From the IMG/VR virus record IMGVR_UViG_3300048591_000242, positions 138,180 to 202,179 of that record: a stretch of 64,000 bases of DNA; one strand, given 5' to 3'. Origin of the DNA: a virus. Lineage: Duplodnaviria > Caudoviricetes. Position 1 is the stretch's first letter, and the number at the start of each line of letters is the position of its first letter. A program made the position numbers and the translations under genes. Under the pieces are notes generated by a model. That model saw nothing but the letters and a program-made list of their open reading frames with translations, searched no databases and was not told the origin of the DNA. Of this stretch, positions 1-9,339 are shown one piece after another.

Positions 1-83
1 AAATTAAAGATGAACTAACCGAAACCGACAGAAGTGGTGGTTTTGGCAGTACTGGTAAATTTATTAACAGATAGCATAAGCTA

Positions 84-113
84 TACAGATACCTCCGATC
101 GGAGGTATCTGTA
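84..113. terminator. Bidirectional terminator hairpin
   Basis: TACAGATACCTCC-GATC-GGAGGTATCTGTA perfect 13-bp stem just past the stop of the minus-strand 132..1226 gene; flanked by TATGC on both strands. Confidence 0.8.
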
Positions 114-131
114 ATGTATGCTGTATTTCTT

Positions 132-1226
132 TTATTGTACCCAAAGCTCTATTCTACCTAGAGTAGCTTCTATTTTATCCCTAAGAATCCTATCTTCTAT
201 TTTACGTAAAACCCCTACATTACGAATACGTCTATAGATCTTCTTTAGCGTGTTTCTGTACTTAGTAAGATTGCTATAGCTAGAGGATAGGAATAGGCTA
301 GCTTCTACTAACTGTAGGCTGGCTAATACTAAAACAGTATAGTTAGCCTGTGTATCTGAGGCTGATATAGTGGCCATGCCGTCCAATATAGAAACGCTTT
401 CACGTATGGAGGGTATGTTGGAAAGACATGCTTCTGGGGGGATATCCATTACGGTTATTCTATCCAATAAGCCAGATAGCTCCTTCTCTATTTTACTCTC
501 ATACGTAGTTACGTGCATACCTAGCTTGGACTGATAAAGATCCTCATGCCACTCCCCACTAATATTGGAAATCATGTTTAATATAGTACAATTAAACTGA
601 CTGTAAAGCATGTTAGGTAGCACGTATGAACCTAGAAACTGCTCTATGGTCTCTCTGGTATAGTCTGGGTTTTCTTTAACTAACTTGTTGTTATATTTTA
701 CCCATCCAGAATACATTATGGCTAAAGCTGGTATATCTACAGAAATTACAGAATAGTCATGTCCCTTACCAAAGCCTACTGGATAATGGGTACCTAATAG
801 TCTATAGGGGTGCCGTACTACCTTCAATGGCTCCAATGTAATCCAGTCTTCTTCTACCATATTTAGCGTGTCCTTGTACTGTAGGTCACTTGTGGCAATA
901 ACATATTCTTGACAAGACGGATAAAACACTGAATCAAAAGGAGAATTGCTATTTATGGCGGTGGTTATACCGGCGCCTTGCGCAAGCTCATCTTTACTAT
1001 CGCTTATTGTCGAATATATAGAAGTATAGTCTTCTGAAGAGGAGAAGATAAAACTATATACCAGTCTTGTTAGAAAATGACTACCGTCTACTTTCATGCC
1101 GCTTTTTCTATAGTAACTTATGGCTTTTTCTATAGAAACCATCTGCTGTTTCAGTAGCCTATCTAGGGTAGGCTCCGATAGCGTGGTTTTAGTGAATATA
1201 GAGGTTCTATCTAGTAAGGTATACAT
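132..1226 (-). CDS. Conserved phiKZ-like protein, probable virion/head protein (364 aa)
   Basis: Long ORF divergent from the chimallin block, the position of a similarly sized conserved gene in phiKZ-like phages; no catalytic motif recognised. Confidence 0.5.
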   Translation of the reverse strand: MYTLLDRTSIFTKTTLSEPTLDRLLKQQMVSIEKAISYYRKSGMKVDGSHFLTRLVYSFIFSSSEDYTSIYSTISDSKDELAQGAGITTAINSNSPFDSVFYPSCQEYVIATSDLQYKDTLNMVEEDWITLEPLKVVRHPYRLLGTHYPVGFGKGHDYSVISVDIPALAIMYSGWVKYNNKLVKENPDYTRETIEQFLGSYVLPNMLYSQFNCTILNMISNISGEWHEDLYQSKLGMHVTTYESKIEKELSGLLDRITVMDIPPEACLSNIPSIRESVSILDGMATISASDTQANYTVLVLASLQLVEASLFLSSSYSNLTKYRNTLKKIYRRIRNVGVLRKIEDRILRDKIEATLGRIELWVQ

Positions 1227-1284
1227 TTTTCACCTTCTGTGTGTAGCTCGATTGTAGAATGTATATTATCGGCTATTCTTCGAG

Positions 1285-1294
1285 TATATATTAC
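1285..1294 (+). promoter_or_regulatory. Early (virion RNAP) promoter
   Basis: TATATATTAC, contains the phiKZ early consensus TATATTAC; one of 10 intergenic copies in the window. Confidence 0.7.
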
Positions 1295-1366
1295 CGAAAT
1301 AGATGTATGCGTATTTACATCTATTAAAGCTTCAAACTTAAGGACTAGATCCTAGGAGAAACAACC

Positions 1367-1483
1367 ATGTATAAGAAAATAATAGAACCTGTATTTTTGT
1401 TTACAATCATGCTAATGCTAGGTATGGAGTTACCCGCTAAGGAGCTTATCGAAACAAAACCTGAAATAAGGGTTGTAAAATAA
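1367..1483 (+). CDS. Small hydrophobic peptide (38 aa), not in the ORF track
   Basis: AGGAG Shine-Dalgarno, ATG, MYKKIIEPVFLFTIMLMLGMELPAKELIETKPEIRVVK, downstream of an early promoter. Confidence 0.5.
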   Translation: MYKKIIEPVFLFTIMLMLGMELPAKELIETKPEIRVVK

Positions 1484-1689
1484 GTAATTTTTTACACGCC
1501 TAACTATCATATACGTTACATACACCAGTGCCTTCGGGTACTGGGTACCAAGCGCCGTCCGCTGGTTGTATGTAACACAGTTGTATTTTAATACACCTTG
1601 TACTCATGTTGTGCGATAGAAAGACAATGGTCTTCTATTCCAATCTTGATGTATATTCTAACCACAGTAACTTTCAGGTTTGTTTTAGG

Positions 1690-1699
1690 TATATATCAC
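1690..1699 (+). promoter_or_regulatory. Early promoter for chimallin
   Basis: AGG-TATATATCAC about 70 nt upstream of ATG 1768. Confidence 0.7.
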
Positions 1700-1767
1700 T
1701 AACCTGGTGTTCTAGAACTCACCAAGAAATAAATAAAACCATAAACCCAATGTTGGAGTAATAAAAA

Positions 1768-3681
1768 ATGGCTATTAAGAAAACAGGTGGAGAATCCGCA
1801 GAAGTGTCACAAGACAATGCTGGACCACAACAAGGATACACGTACCAACCACAATCTACAGGTGACGACCTGTTCTCTGGTATTGGTGTAGAGACTCTTT
1901 CTGGAGGCGTAGATACTGAAGGCTTCGCTGCGTTCAGTGCTGAGATGGAAAGACTATCTAAGTTACCTGAAGTACTCAGAACTATTAAGTTGAGTGTTAT
2001 TCCGGTATCAAACCAACACCTTAGACTGCCGGTATTGGCCATGGCGGCTGAGTCTAAAGACGGGGTTGTGGTTTACAGCCTTCTTATTGAAGGCATGATG
2101 GGTCAGCCTTTGGAGCCTATTCGTGAAATCCGTCGTGATTTCGGTGGCCCACAGGGAGCTGAGATTATTATTGATCGTCCTACTAGTCGTTGCTATGACA
2201 ACGGTTTGCGTAAGATCGTAGCGGCTGCGGTAGCTACGCAGTTAAATACCAGTGCTGAGCGTATCGTTCACCAGTCACATTGTGTTGTGCCACGTGGCGC
2301 TAACCTTAAGTGTGCTGAAACCTGTCGCTCGTTCTTTGACAGCGCTAACCTAGCTCTGACAAACGCTGTAGCGCGCGATCGTATTGCCGGTGTTACCGTA
2401 GCTAACCTTACCAACCCAGCGGGTGTGGTAAATCAGCGTACTACTATTACACCTGGACAAAACAAGTTGAACAAAATCGGTTTGCCTATTGCGGCTGACT
2501 TTACAACCACTATTGAACTTGCTCGTAAGGCGCAAGAAAAGACCAGTTGGTCATCAGATATTCACGTTGCACAACAGCGTTACCATTTGGCAGAAGTAAG
2601 CGGTTACATTGATTTCTCAGTAGCTGGCCCAATTCCACCAAAACCAAACATGAATCCAATGCTGCCACAAACTGTACCTGGTTACATTCCTATGGTTGTA
2701 ATTACAGAAATCGCTGGTTTGGCAAACAACGGTTCCTCTATTGAAGACATGCGCACGCAGTTACTGGGTATTGCTGCTACTACAGCGCTTACTGCAGATC
2801 ACGGCTGGGTACGTGTATTTGAAAAGATGGCCGGTGCCAAATCCGTCAAGGCAGATATCGGTTTATTAGGTTTGGAACACGATCCGTATATCGGTCGTAC
2901 ACCAGAACTAGGTATGGTTAGCGTAGACAGCATTAGCTACGGTAAGCAGCCAAAAGAAGGCACAATGACTCCGAAGCAAGTAGCGGATTTGTGGTGTACT
3001 GATAAAGTAGCAGTAGCGCTGGATGTTGAACAGGGTGGCCGTTTGCACTGGATTCAGGATATCTTTGTAGCGGCCTCTGGTGTAGGTGATGAAACTGGTC
3101 GCCGTACCGCAGCTAACGAACGTATCATTGCTGAGTGTGATGTTCTTACTAACGGTATTTTCTCACGTCTATGGACTGAGTTAAACGGTGGTCAGAAAGC
3201 ACACGTGGTAGCTACTGAAACTGTAGCAGTACATTTGGGTACGTATGATGGCGGTAAGAATGGCGGTCGCCGTGATCTTCGTTCTATCGACTATCTGACA
3301 ATGCTAGGTCAAATGCCGAAAGATCTGGAAAAGCTAAGTGCAGCTACTGCCGCTACCATTCCTGGTGGCTGTAATGCTATTACACTTACTGATCGCAGAA
3401 ACGCTATTGAAAACATTGTGGGCGATTGTGAATTCACCGGTATGGCTACACGCGTCTTCTTAACTGGTGGTTTCATCAATACTTTCGTACGTGCACTTAT
3501 CCAGGCAGGTGTTACTTTCCGTTCTGACGATTTGTTAGGTTACGGTCAGTCTAGCCAGCGTGTGGTAATGAACTACAACTTGGCCGGTACTGCTTCTGAA
3601 GGTTTATATCAGACAGCATATCAGCAGGGTTCAGTACCAGGCATCCCAGGCGGTGCTGGGTATATTAACCCATTGTTCTAG
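1768..3681 (+). CDS. chmA: Chimallin, phage nuclear shell protein (phiKZ gp54-like)
   Basis: 637 aa (chimallins are about 630 aa), low-complexity N-terminus, highly-expressed codon bias (CGT/GGT/CTG), early promoter, directly upstream of the nvRNAP beta' N subunit as in Chimalliviridae. Confidence 0.8.
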   Translation: MAIKKTGGESAEVSQDNAGPQQGYTYQPQSTGDDLFSGIGVETLSGGVDTEGFAAFSAEMERLSKLPEVLRTIKLSVIPVSNQHLRLPVLAMAAESKDGVVVYSLLIEGMMGQPLEPIREIRRDFGGPQGAEIIIDRPTSRCYDNGLRKIVAAAVATQLNTSAERIVHQSHCVVPRGANLKCAETCRSFFDSANLALTNAVARDRIAGVTVANLTNPAGVVNQRTTITPGQNKLNKIGLPIAADFTTTIELARKAQEKTSWSSDIHVAQQRYHLAEVSGYIDFSVAGPIPPKPNMNPMLPQTVPGYIPMVVITEIAGLANNGSSIEDMRTQLLGIAATTALTADHGWVRVFEKMAGAKSVKADIGLLGLEHDPYIGRTPELGMVSVDSISYGKQPKEGTMTPKQVADLWCTDKVAVALDVEQGGRLHWIQDIFVAASGVGDETGRRTAANERIIAECDVLTNGIFSRLWTELNGGQKAHVVATETVAVHLGTYDGGKNGGRRDLRSIDYLTMLGQMPKDLEKLSAATAATIPGGCNAITLTDRRNAIENIVGDCEFTGMATRVFLTGGFINTFVRALIQAGVTFRSDDLLGYGQSSQRVVMNYNLAGTASEGLYQTAYQQGSVPGIPGGAGYINPLF

Positions 3682-3692
3682 TAGTTAAACTC

Positions 3693-3720
3693 CAGGGTAC
3701 TCCTTAATTGGGGTACCCTG
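3693..3720 (+). terminator. Terminator hairpin after chimallin
   Basis: CAGGGTACTCC-TTAATT-GGGGTACCCTG stem with one G-U pair. Confidence 0.7.
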
Positions 3721-3755
3721 ACTTATTACACTAAAAATTTTACTAGGAAATAAGA

Positions 3756-4982
3756 ATGAGTAAAAACATCCGCGTACTGGATCACGATGAACATTTTAGA
3801 AGTTTAAATTTTCCACCGATTATTCTAAACGATATACCGGCCAGAACTAAGGAGGAGAGAGAAGCACTAAATAACATCATAATGACCACGTACGACAACA
3901 CAGATACTTTAGAGTCAGTACCTAGCTGTGCGTGTGGGGCTCTGTCGTATGGGCATAACTTAGGGGCCATGTGTAGTAGCTGTGGTACCAGAGTAGAAAC
4001 CCCTACAGACAGAAAAATAGAGGCTACCGTATGGATACGTTCTCCAGAAGGTATAGTTTCTTTAGTAAACCCAGTATTGTGGTTGGTGTTAGGGAAGATC
4101 TTAACAAAATCACACTACAACGTTCTGTATTGGTTTTGTAACCCATATGCTGAAGATCCCCCACATAACAACAAGGCTGCTATTCAGTTAATACGCAGAT
4201 TTTTAAACTCTGGCATACCTCGAGGATTAAATTCCTTTATAGTGAACTTCGATCAGTTAGTACCTATCTTTCTGGCCGCAGTACCACTAGCTTCTAACCG
4301 ACCACATCTGGAATCTTTTATTTCAGAAAATAAAGACAAGTTCTTTCCACAGCACCTACCAGTACCGTCTAAGGTAGCGTTTGTTCTGGAGAAAACTAGT
4401 ACTGGCTCTTATGCCGATATTAACATAAGAGACCCTATTAACGCATGTCTTACTGTAACTTCACTGGACTCTGGTACCTTAAGTAACGTTAAGAGACTAG
4501 AAAGCAGAATGTCTTCTGTTATCAATGATTTATCGAACTATTACAAACATATGTTTGGTGATCCGTTCTCAGCTAAGGCCGGTCTTCTTAGAAAGACTGT
4601 ATTTGGCAGTAGGATGGGTTATAGTTTTCGATGCGTTATAACCAGTGCTCACGGGGTACACGACTATGAGCAAATAAAGATACCTTATTCTCAAGCGGTA
4701 ACTCTACTTAAGGCACACCTTCTAAACAAGCTACACAAGTTGGAGTATAACGAGAGAGATGCTAAGGCTTATATAGCCCAGCATACCAAGGAGAGAGATC
4801 CTCTGCTTCTTAGGCTCTTATATGAGCTTATAGCAGAAGCACCAGGGGGTAAAGGTATACGTTGTCTCTGGATTCGGTACCCTACTTTAACGAGGGGCAG
4901 TATACAGTCGCTTCATATCTCGGATATCTCCGAGATGTCAGCTAGTCTTAGTATATTGGCCCTAAACGGCGCTACGGCTGAT
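3756..4982 (+). CDS. Non-virion RNA polymerase beta' N-terminal subunit (phiKZ gp55-like), exon 1
   Basis: Zn-ribbon CACG...CSSC, KAGLLRKTVFGSRM and RYPTL beta' motifs; the track ORF (to 4994) stops just before the catalytic DxDGD; predicted exon end at ...ACG GCT GAT (TAD). Confidence 0.9.
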
Positions 4983-6494
4983 GAAGCGGCTTAACTAACG
5001 ATACTTGAACAATTGTGTTTGCTAATGTACATTAATGCTCTATGTGTTCTTTAAATTAAATAAATATCATGGTGAGGATAAATGTATGTTAGTTGAAATT
5101 AAAGGTTTTCCTGGGTTCTATAGGGCTGTTGGTACAACAAACCTGGCCGTAAATAAAAATGGAATCATTCTAGATTTAGTTACCCGTAAATACAAACTCA
5201 CCGACGTTGCATCGGATGGGTACATCACCACAAATGATGGCGGAGTAACTAGGAACGTTCATCGCATTATGGGTGATACATTCCTAAAACGTCCTAGCGG
5301 GAAGGGGACGTACATAATCAACCATAAGGACGGAGATAAAACTAATCCTAGGTTAGATAATTTAGAATGGGTTACATATAGCGGTAACATAGAACATGCC
5401 TACGCTAATGGTCTAAGAACAGACAACACTCCGGTTGAAGTTTATAACTTGAAAACGGATGAAATTATAAAATTTATTAGTATACAGCAGTGTGCTAAGT
5501 ATTTTAAACGTAACCATAACGCTATAGTTAAGTATCTTAAAAGCAAGCGTAATGCACCGTTTATGTTGTCGTACAGCATTAGAAAGGTAGGGGAAGGTTG
5601 GCCACCTCTTACCAAGAATGATATTGGTAAAGTGGTAAATGGGGCACCCGTTAGCATAATAGCGGTTAATGTAAGTACCGGTGAAAAAATAATTTTCAGT
5701 GGTGCTAAAGCGGCGTCAGAATATCTGGGTCTAAAGAAATCTGGAATAGGTGGTAACTTACGTGGCACACATGGCGATAAGCCGTACCACGGTTATAGAT
5801 TTTACCATCTTAACACCTATAATCTTGAGTCTACAGATAACGCAATTGATGTGCGTGATCCTCAATCAACTAAATCTAAAGGAAAACCACCTAGACAAAA
5901 GCCCAAAATGGTTAGTGCATTTAATCATGATACCGGTATTGAGGATGTGTTTAACTCCATGCGCGTATTTGCTGAGTCTGTAGGGACAACCTATGATGCA
6001 ATAGCTAGATCGGTATGGAAAAACGCTGGTAGGTGGAAAAACTACACAATCAAGTATATAGGTTAAGCCGATAGTCCTCTAGGCTAGTAATGGTCTAGTA
6101 GTTTCTCTCTAATTGCTGGAACCCACTAAAGATTCACCCACTACAACGTAACTGGAAACGGTAAGCGTGAAGGTATCGAAAGATAGAAAAAAGTGGTGAG
6201 TATGGAATATGACGATAGTAAGTCTAAGTTCTATAGACAATGTGGGAATCAGCAGCGAAGTTCCTAAGCTACTCTACCTTGGTAGAGGTGTATGGAATGT
6301 GCTCAACGATCAACCGGTAGCTCGGTGTAGGGTGGCAAGCGATGTAACAATCAGGCCATTCGAAATGGGAGGGGGCCTTTCATGTTTGTGTGAAAGGTTC
6401 ATGATATGATCTAATATCCATCTGTAATGGATGGGAAGTTCGCTACTTCGGTAGTGAGAACTGTATGGGTGTCGCGGCCCATATGAATGCAATG
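4983..6494 (+). mobile_element. Group I intron with HNH homing endonuclease in the P1 loop
   Basis: P (AATTGCTGGAA ~6111), Q (AATCAGCAGCG ~6247), R (GCTCAACGATCA 6301), S (ATGATATGATCT ~6402), P7 GATCA/TGATC, three P9 hairpins, terminal G at 6494, exon ends in U; CGGCTTAACT near the 5' end pairs with GGTTAAGCCG (6061-6070); splicing restores TADYDGD in frame. Confidence 0.88.
5086..6066 (+). CDS. Intron-encoded HNH homing endonuclease (I-HmuI-like, NUMOD1/IENR1 repeats)
   Basis: VHRIM...INHKDGDKTNPRLDNLEWVTYSGNIEHA HNH core plus three C-terminal repeats; GAGGA SD favours ATG 5086 over the track start 5035. Confidence 0.92.
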   Translation: MLVEIKGFPGFYRAVGTTNLAVNKNGIILDLVTRKYKLTDVASDGYITTNDGGVTRNVHRIMGDTFLKRPSGKGTYIINHKDGDKTNPRLDNLEWVTYSGNIEHAYANGLRTDNTPVEVYNLKTDEIIKFISIQQCAKYFKRNHNAIVKYLKSKRNAPFMLSYSIRKVGEGWPPLTKNDIGKVVNGAPVSIIAVNVSTGEKIIFSGAKAASEYLGLKKSGIGGNLRGTHGDKPYHGYRFYHLNTYNLESTDNAIDVRDPQSTKSKGKPPRQKPKMVSAFNHDTGIEDVFNSMRVFAESVGTTYDAIARSVWKNAGRWKNYTIKYIG

Positions 6495-6704
6495 TACGAT
6501 GGTGATGTTCTCAGTGGCTGTATAGCCCTTAGTAGGAAGCAATATGATGACTTTGAGTACTTCAGACCACACTACGGTATTCATTCCTTTGTTAAGTTAG
6601 GTGAGCTAAATGGAAACTGCAGTTTACCAGAAACCGACATCGGTGTGATTAACTCGTGGTTTGAGTATGAAGAAGATGAGTTAGGTATTGTAGCTGAACG
6701 ATAG
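6495..6704 (+). CDS. nvRNAP beta' N-terminal subunit, exon 2 (catalytic YDGD)
   Basis: TAC GAT GGT GAT follows the intron terminal G; joined protein 478 aa with ...NGATADYDGDVLSG. Confidence 0.85.
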   Translation, partial: YDGDVLSGCIALSRKQYDDFEYFRPHYGIHSFVKLGELNGNCSLPETDIGVINSWFEYEEDELGIVAER

Positions 6705-6712
6705 TTGTAGAC

Positions 6713-6742
6713 AGGGGGAGCCAATGGCTCCCCTTTTATTTT
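6713..6742 (+). terminator. Rho-independent terminator
   Basis: GGGGAGCC-AAT-GGCTCCCC followed by T-tract. Confidence 0.8.
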
Positions 6743-6765
6743 TGTGCTGTTTGGAGGAAAGGTTT

Positions 6766-7161
6766 ATGGTTATTCAAAATGTGCCAGTAGGTTGGGTATT
6801 GGTAGCGGAAGGTAGTGAGGTACCGACGGTACATAGGGAAGGACATGTACAGGATGATGGTAGTGTGGTGTGGGCAGATATTCAATATGAGCACACCGAT
6901 GCTACGCCTGAATGGGTAGGTCAACAGGAGGGCGTATATATACTTACAACACTAGGGCATTTATTTAACATATATGTTAATAAAGGCGGCTATCGAATAT
7001 TTCCAGACGGTACCGTGTTTATAACCAAACATAATAGGCCGTCTGGGGACATGTATCGTAGTTTTAGACGAGACAAGGTTGGCAGTTTAATATGTAAAGA
7101 AACTGGGGATTACTTATTTAAGTATGAGGAACACAAACCATGCAGTTATGTGGAGTTTTAG
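6766..7161 (+). CDS. Hypothetical protein
   Basis: GGAGGA SD before ATG 6766 (track start 6724 lies inside the terminator); no motif recognised. Confidence 0.6.
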   Translation: MVIQNVPVGWVLVAEGSEVPTVHREGHVQDDGSVVWADIQYEHTDATPEWVGQQEGVYILTTLGHLFNIYVNKGGYRIFPDGTVFITKHNRPSGDMYRSFRRDKVGSLICKETGDYLFKYEEHKPCSYVEF

Positions 7162-7619
7162 TAGTAGATATCGCTAATGGCTTTTGTTATATATTTGAGT
7201 CTAGCGAATCTGCTTCAAGATACCTTATAGGGGAGAACATATTACATATAGAACCCAGTACGGTGGAAAATCTAATACGGGGTACAAATGGTAATCTGTA
7301 TAAGGGACTCTTCTTTATACTAATAAACGATTATGCATATAGTCTATCCATAGCTAGAAACGTACACATGCATGCTAGGACTATGCGTATAGAAGCTATG
7401 GATACTAACTCTGGTATTATAACTGAATATGTAAACTCCATTATGTTTGCTATGGTTACTAGAGTAAATTTATCTAGTTTGAAGCTTTTGTTTACAGGGC
7501 ATGAGAAACTGGTATATGTAGGGAGTTGGGTAGTGCGTTTAAAGGATACACCAGTAGACTGGCCTACGGAGGAGGAGATTAATGATTATTTTAATTACAT
7601 AACCGGCAAGGTATTGTAA
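7140..7619 (+). CDS. Stand-alone NUMOD1/IENR1-repeat DNA-binding protein without nuclease domain
   Basis: VLVVDIANGFCYIFESSESASRYL and RIEAMDTNSGIITEY...DWP resemble the repeats of the intron HNH; own GAGGA SD. Confidence 0.55.
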   Translation: MQLCGVLVVDIANGFCYIFESSESASRYLIGENILHIEPSTVENLIRGTNGNLYKGLFFILINDYAYSLSIARNVHMHARTMRIEAMDTNSGIITEYVNSIMFAMVTRVNLSSLKLLFTGHEKLVYVGSWVVRLKDTPVDWPTEEEINDYFNYITGKVL

Positions 7620-7687
7620 TATAACTGCGCATGGGTATATGTTGGAGTACTTTCTGTGCCCTATATAAGGCTCAGCACAATACCAGA

Positions 7688-7697
7688 TATATATTAC
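7688..7697 (+). promoter_or_regulatory. Early promoter
   Basis: AGA-TATATATTAC, CAACCAC 12 nt downstream. Confidence 0.72.
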
Positions 7698-7752
7698 GGT
7701 ATAGACACACAACCACAAAAAGCATGGGAAAAGCCCATGGGAGGATAATAAG

Positions 7753-8370
7753 ATAGCTACCTTTTATGGGTCACCAGAAGAAGCGGCTGCCGCACTATAC
7801 AGTGGTCCCAGTAACGCAGCCATGCAGTACGTAAATCAAACTGTAGATAGATTTGTAGGCTACGCGCAGGCTATGCCCGGTAGTATAGCTAACGTAGTAC
7901 GGCAGAAACACCAGGAGCTTTTGTCCAGTAGCACTAGTCGTAAAGTAGAGGCTATACGTCACAAAATAAACAACATGTGGCAGGATAATACTGTACGGGT
8001 AATGTGGAGTGTAGGGGCAGCTCAACAGGCACCAGACGCTATGGTACGTTGGATGATGGCTAATCCTAGAATACGTTCCTTGTATCATGACGGTAGGGTA
8101 GAAGGCTATGGCGATAGGTACAATGATATTCAGCCTAACTGTGTAGGGGAAGAACAGTATGATTATCGCAGGGTAATGGACGGGATGATTGTTAATACTG
8201 AAACAGGAAGCCATTATACTACCTATCACGAAGAAATAATACCGGATGACGTTGTATTAAATACTTTAGAGAAAATGAGTATTAGATTATCCTGGGACAT
8301 CGTTAATAAGGAAATAGAAGATGGGAATATGGATGATCCGACGTCAGAATGGAACGCACTGATTGGTTAG
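7753..8370 (+). CDS. Conserved phiKZ-like hypothetical protein, probable ATA start
   Basis: Track start 7822, but the frame is open upstream and GGAGGA lies 7 nt before ATA GCT ACC TTT. Confidence 0.7.
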   Translation: MATFYGSPEEAAAALYSGPSNAAMQYVNQTVDRFVGYAQAMPGSIANVVRQKHQELLSSSTSRKVEAIRHKINNMWQDNTVRVMWSVGAAQQAPDAMVRWMMANPRIRSLYHDGRVEGYGDRYNDIQPNCVGEEQYDYRRVMDGMIVNTETGSHYTTYHEEIIPDDVVLNTLEKMSIRLSWDIVNKEIEDGNMDDPTSEWNALIG

Positions 8371-8386
8371 TAAATTCAAAATAACA

Positions 8387-8415
8387 AAAGGGCAAAATTT
8401 TGCCCTTTATTTTTT
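8387..8415 (+). terminator. Rho-independent terminator
   Basis: AAAGGGCAAA/TTTGCCCTTT stem plus T-tract. Confidence 0.7.
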
Positions 8416-8439
8416 ATCAAAAATACAAGGAGAACAGTC

Positions 8440-8844
8440 GTGTCTAAGACGTTACCTATGTTAGGTGGAGAGGGTTGGCTGACTGATCCTGAACTCATTA
8501 TGAGTAGAATATACATGCATGTATTTCTAACGGATCACTCACAGAGTAATATTTACCAGGGCAACATTATCAGCATCCAGTATATTCTATCAAACTCCGG
8601 TGATGATCCGGTGGATATTTCCTCAAACATACAAGCTGGACTGAAGGCTATTTACTCCAAGTACTATGAAAACGTAGACGTAAGTTTTGAACAGTTACCT
8701 TCAGATTCATACGGTTTATCTGAAGCTATAATGGTATTCGGGCTGTCTGTAAAGGGCGAGTTAGATGGGGTTATCTATACGCTGGATAAGGTTTTACAGA
8801 CAGATAAATCTAGTAGTGTTAGAAAATTTAAAGAATTAGGATAA
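8440..8844 (+). CDS. Conserved phiKZ-like protein, possibly baseplate gp25-like fold
   Basis: 134 aa, AGGAG SD, GTG start, core-block synteny; fold assignment is tentative. Confidence 0.45.
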   Translation: MSKTLPMLGGEGWLTDPELIMSRIYMHVFLTDHSQSNIYQGNIISIQYILSNSGDDPVDISSNIQAGLKAIYSKYYENVDVSFEQLPSDSYGLSEAIMVFGLSVKGELDGVIYTLDKVLQTDKSSSVRKFKELG

Positions 8845-8853
8845 GGTGAATTT

Positions 8854-9321
8854 ATGTCAATGGAAAGCCTAAAGGCGCAACTTGGTAATCTACCGAAGAT
8901 TTCTCAATCTGAATTTAGAAAATTCTTACCGATTCTAATAGATCCTAAGGCAGATATAACCCTTAAGAGAAAGTGGTTAGATATCTGCATAGATCCAAGA
9001 TTATCAGTTATCGTGGTAGACGATAGTACTGGGGAAGAAGTACATAGGGTACCGCCACTTATTTATACCACTCAGGAGCTTACTGGTAGAAACATATCTG
9101 GTACATTAGATGTCATTGGTAGAATGGCTGATGCTAATCCTTTATTGGGTAGAAAGTATGCCAGAGAAAACCTTACTCCTGAGGTGGTTATTGGTAAGCC
9201 ACCTGAAGAAGATGTTCAGCTATGGAGAGAAATATTAGTCAGGTATGATATCACTAAAGAGGAGGATGCTGAGGCCTCTAATGTAGTAGCTGGTTTATCG
9301 GATGACCCAGGTGCCTGGTAA
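8854..9321 (+). CDS. Conserved hypothetical protein
   Basis: 155 aa in a tightly packed operon, AAGGTG SD. Confidence 0.6.
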   Translation: MSMESLKAQLGNLPKISQSEFRKFLPILIDPKADITLKRKWLDICIDPRLSVIVVDDSTGEEVHRVPPLIYTTQELTGRNISGTLDVIGRMADANPLLGRKYARENLTPEVVIGKPPEEDVQLWREILVRYDITKEEDAEASNVVAGLSDDPGAW

Positions 9322-9339
9322 CTTAACGGAGTAACTGCT

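Noticed and set aside
1-18. Possible 3' end of an upstream plus-strand gene (TAA at 16-18 before a bidirectional terminator)
   Set aside because: Too little sequence to identify; phiKZ order would suggest the other DNA polymerase half, but that cannot be supported here
6209-6492. ORFs 6209..6409 and 6310..6492
   Set aside because: They lie within the intron catalytic core (Q, R, S, P9) and are better explained as ribozyme RNA
6724-7619. Frameshifted single HNH gene spanning 6766..7161 and 7140..7619
   Set aside because: No HNH motif in either part, and the second ORF has its own GAGGA SD, so two genes are more likely
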